Source: Mobula hypostoma (lineage: Eukaryota). From it: a DNA stretch of 64,000 nucleotides. The position numbers and the translations under genes are program-made. The notes beneath the pieces were generated by a model that was given only the letters and a program-made list of their open reading frames with translations, made no database searches and had not been told where the DNA came from. Where the stretch lies: NCBI RefSeq assembly GCF_963921235.1, contig NC_086108.1, positions 98,706,001 through 98,770,000 on the forward strand, in the 5' to 3' direction. Shown one piece after another: positions 60,049 to 64,000 of this stretch. Position 1 is the stretch's first letter. Every line of letters begins with the position of its first letter.

Positions 60049-60099
60049 CAGGGGTTCCCAACCTGGGGTCCAGGGCATAACAAAGGTTGGGAACCCCTG
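60049..60099. mobile_element. 51-bp hAT MITE
   Basis: Perfect 16-bp TIRs caggggttcccaacct / aggttgggaacccctg and a degenerate 8-bp TSD (gttcataa / gtctatag). Confidence 0.75.
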
Positions 60100-60758
60100 G
60101 TCTATAGGTTGTGGAGTCAGTTCGGCATTGGAGTGAGTGAAGTTATCCACCCTCAACGCTGAGCAGTTTTCCTACCCTGTCAATCATCCACCACACCACC
60201 AGGGTGGTGCTTGCAGAAAGTGCATAATAGAACACTTCAGGCACCTGAAAACCCTGGCACTCGTAGTGGAAACAGATCATCTTTGACTCCAAAGGACTAC
60301 CTTATAGCAACCTGTCTAATGTCCAGTATTGAGAAGAACAGGAAATTTTCTCCCAACTAATTGTTAGGAAGGTTGACTCCATTTCTTTGATTCCTGTCAT
60401 AAACTCTGCTCGCTAGCCTCTGACCCCTTTCAGTCTGAAGATTGCCAAAAAAAGGAATGGGGTTAGTAGCTGATGAATTTGAAGATGATGATGTAAGTCC
60501 TTCCAATGTTTAATTATGGTACTGCTTGTTGGATGAACAACAGCTTATTTCGTTAAAGATGCTACAGAAGTTGTCCATCATTACGTCTTATTCTGCAGGT
60601 TCACATGCCACCATGTACATTGGCAATGCTTAGCAAAATCTGTCATTCAAAATCTACTGATGATGTTTAGTGCAAGCAACTTTTATATAGCTTATCAAGA
60701 ATTAAACTCTGCTTATGTGAAAGACTGGTTTTTAAATACTAGTTATGAAAGTGGTATA

Positions 60759-62610
60759 CAGTGGCATGCAAAAGTTTGGGGACCCCGGTCAAAATTTCTG
60801 TTACTGTGAATAGTTAAATGAGTAGAAGATGAACTGATCTCCAAAAGTCATAAAGTTAAAGATGAAACATTCTTTTCAACATTTTAAGCAAGATTAGTGT
60901 ATTATTTTTGTTTTGTACAATTTTAGAGTGGGGGAGAAAAGGAAAGGAGCACCATGCAAAAGCTTGGGCACCCCAAGAGATTTGAGCTCTCAGATAACTT
61001 TTACCAAGGTGTCAGACCTTAATTAGCTTGTTAGGGCTATGGCTTGTTCACAATCATCGTTAGGAAAGGCCAGGTGATGCAAATTTCAAAGCTTTACAAA
61101 TACCCTGACTCCTCAAACCTTGTCCCAATGATCAGTGGCCATGGGCTCCTCTAAGCAGCTGCCTAGCACTCTGAAAATTAAAATGAATGATGCCCACAAA
61201 GCAGGATGAGACTATAAGAAGATAGCAAAGCGTTTTCAGGTAGCCATTTCCTCAGTTCGTAATGTAATTAAGAAATGGCAGTTAACAGGAACGGTGGAGG
61301 AAAAGTTGAGGTCTGGAAGACTAAGAAAACTTTCCGAGAGAACTGCTCATAGGATTGCTAAAAAGGCAAATCAAAACCACCCTGTTTGACTGCAAAAGAC
61401 TTTCAGGAAAATTTAGCACACTCTGGAGTGGTGGTGCACTGCTCTACTGTGCAGCGACACCAGCACAAATATGACCTTCATGGAAGAGTCATCAGAAGAA
61501 AACCTTTCCTGCATCCTCACCACAAAATTCAGCGTCAGAAGTTTACAAAGGAACATCTAAACAAGCCCGATGTATTTTGGAAACAAGTCCTGTGGACTGA
61601 TGAAGTTAAAATAGAACTTTTTGGCCTCAATGAGCAAAGACATGTTTGGAGGAAAAAAAAGGTGCAGAATTTCTTGAAAATAACACCTCTCCAACTGTTA
61701 AGCACGGGGGTGGATCGATGATGCTTTGGGCTTGTGTTGCAGCCAGTGGCACGGGGAACATTTCACTGATAGAGGGAAGAATGAATTCAATTAAATACCA
61801 GCAAATTCTGGAAGCAAACATCACACCGTCTGTAAAAAAGCTGAAAATGAAAAGCGGAGGGCTTCTACAACAGGATAATGATCCTAAACACACCTCAAAA
61901 TCCACAGTGGACTACCTCGAGGCGCAAGCTGAAGGTTTTGCCATGGCCTTCACAGTCCCCCGACCTAAACATCATCGAAAATCTGTGGATAGTCATACTT
62001 TACTGATCCCGGGGGAAATTGGTTTTCGTTACAGTTGCACCATAGATAATTAAGTAGTAATAAAACCATAAATAGTTAAATAGTAATATGTAAATTATGT
62101 CAGGAAATAAGTCCAGGACCAGCCTATTGGCTCAGGGTGTCTGACCCTCCAAGGGAGGAGTTGTAAAGTTTGATGGCCACTGGCAGGAATGACTTCCTAT
62201 GACGCTCTGTGTTGCATAGACCTCAAAAGAGCAATGCATGCAAGACGGCCCAAGAATCTGTCAGAACTAGAAGCCTTTGCAAGGAAGAATGGACGAAAAT
62301 CCCCCAAGCAAGAATTGAAAGACTCAGCTGGCTACAGAAAGCGTTTACAAGCTGTGATACTTGCCAAAGGGGGTGTTACTAAGTGCTGACCATGCCGGGT
62401 GCTCAAACTTTTGCTTCGGGCCCTTTTCCTTTTTTGTTATTTTGAAACTGTAAAAGTCGGAAATAAAAAAAAGTAATCTTGCTTAAAATATTAAAGAACT
62501 GTGTCATCTTTAACTTCATGCCTTTTGGAAATCAGGTAATCTTTTACTCATTTAGCTATTCACAGTAACAGAAATTTTGACCGGGGTGCCCAAACTTTTG
62601 CATGCCACTG
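60759..62610 (+). mobile_element. Tc1-family transposon, second copy, frameshifted, with a LINE insertion
   Basis: TA-flanked TIRs cagtggcatgcaaaagtttggg / cccaaacttttgcatgccactg, and motifs WTDE, QQDNDPKH and PDLNIIENLW. Same family as 11014-12635. Confidence 0.95.
61993..62215 (-). mobile_element. Rex1/Babar 3' fragment inserted in Tc1
   Basis: Matches the 3' end of 47635-47865; ATAG is duplicated (61989-61992 / 62216-62219). Confidence 0.88.
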
Positions 62611-64000
62611 TATAGTTGTTTTTCTGCACATCTTGCATGCTATTTTATCTGTGATCTGAAGCAAAGAAAACATCAGTTCTGTCAAAGGAAATGTTAGCTT
62701 GAAATAATTACTGCAGAAAACATGAGCATTACATATATTACTGTATTTACTTCTAAATAGAGCTTAGCAGGGGATAATCAAAGCACTTGATTAATTGTTT
62801 AGTGTAGCGTTGCACGCTCTCTCATTTCCTGAAGGGTCTTATTAGGATGCTACACAAGCACTTGATTAAAGAGGATTTACTGACTTAAATTTGTGGTTTA
62901 TACTGGGTCATTAGAAGTCATATGCTTATTAGTCTCCCTTTCAAATTGTAATCAGTCTCTTTACAAAATGTATTGCATATTTGTGGTAAATGTAGGGAAA
63001 AACATAGTTGATAAAACCTCATAGATCTGCATTAATTTGTCTTGTCCATGTTTTATCACAGCTAACAATGAGGAGAGAATGAAGTTGCCATTGTTGGAAA
63101 TTCTGAAGAATTGTTTGTGTTGTGTTTAGTTTATAGAAATTAATTTCTATTTTGGATTCATCAGTGGTTGCAGGCGTAATTTGCTGTTTGAGTCTTTGTG
63201 CCAACTGAGGTTTAAGCACATTTGTTTTTCTCAATTGTTGTCGCTTTTACAATGCTGAGCCATAGCCATCATTTTGAATTTATACAACTAATTAATGAAA
63301 AGATTTTTAATCAATGTAATAAAAATATTAAAATATTGTTCTTAAGTTGCATTCTCCGAACCCCTTTTTGAAGGTTCTAAAAAGAGAGGAATTCCCAAGA
63401 TGGTTACACAAATTCTGTTCTCTATGTAATTTAGTATCTAAGGGCTTAATAGTTTCATACATTTACATTCTGCATGTGGTGAATGTGTTCATGCAAAAGC
63501 AATTTGCATGCTAGTTTAATTATCTCTAAATGTCTAGAATCATGGAAGCTTACAGCACAGAAAGTTCCCTCAGCCCGCCAAGTCTACATCGGCCATCAAT
63601 TTACCATTTACACAATTCCTCTACTGTTCTCATTATATTCTCCCCACGTTTCCATAAATCCACCTAAGATTCTACCTTTTACCTACATAATAGGAGAAAT
63701 TTTACAGTGGCCATTTAATTTATCAACCAACATGTCTTTGGGATGTGGAAGGAAGCCAGAATACCTCGAGAGAGGGTTCAATTCAATACAATCAGAATGT
63801 GCCTATTCCACACATCAGGATCGAAACCTCATTGACTGATCACTGTTTATCCAGCAAATGTCTGGTCTGTATTGTTGTGGCAAGTTGTTGGATCAGTTTT
63901 GATCTAATTCATTTCTCCCCATTGTCATAAGGTTGTGGTAAAGAAAGGGACTTTGTTTGTCCTTTGCCATAAATCTTAACAAAAATCTGTTTGGTTTGTC

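Noticed and set aside
57487..64000. GTF2B exon 3 (DRVIDVGSEWRTF)
   Set aside because: It was not found by eye and is presumably beyond the window end.

Overview
Eukaryotic, intron-containing DNA dominated by repeats. The mix of CR1, Rex1/Babar, Penelope, V-SINE and Tc1 elements suggests a cartilaginous fish, probably a ray (inference). Two host genes are visible on the + strand and are missed by the ORF track: the last two coding exons of a kynurenine aminotransferase (KYAT3-like; 10184-10270, 10396-10446) and the CpG/TATA promoter plus exons 1-2 of GTF2B/TFIIB (46574-46590, 57380-57486). This is the same order and orientation as in human. The rest is nested mobile DNA, including one young CR1 with an uninterrupted 999-codon ORF2. 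The most notable observations are four. (1) The CR1 ORF1/ORF2 junction carries an in-frame U_UUA_AAC slippery heptamer, and ORF2 has no AUG until codon ~202, suggesting -1 ribosomal frameshifting. (2) A 3-kb Penelope insertion with a 14-bp TSD contains an inverted copy of 1.2 kb of its own flank, creating a ~4.1-kb palindrome upstream of GTF2B. (3) A ~6.2-kb inversion, shown by four split nested elements, has a Penelope element at one breakpoint. (4) Penelope 3' ends carry minimal hammerhead ribozymes and also occur as small TSD-flanked fold-back mini-elements. All coordinates were read by eye; repeat boundaries may be off by a few bases.
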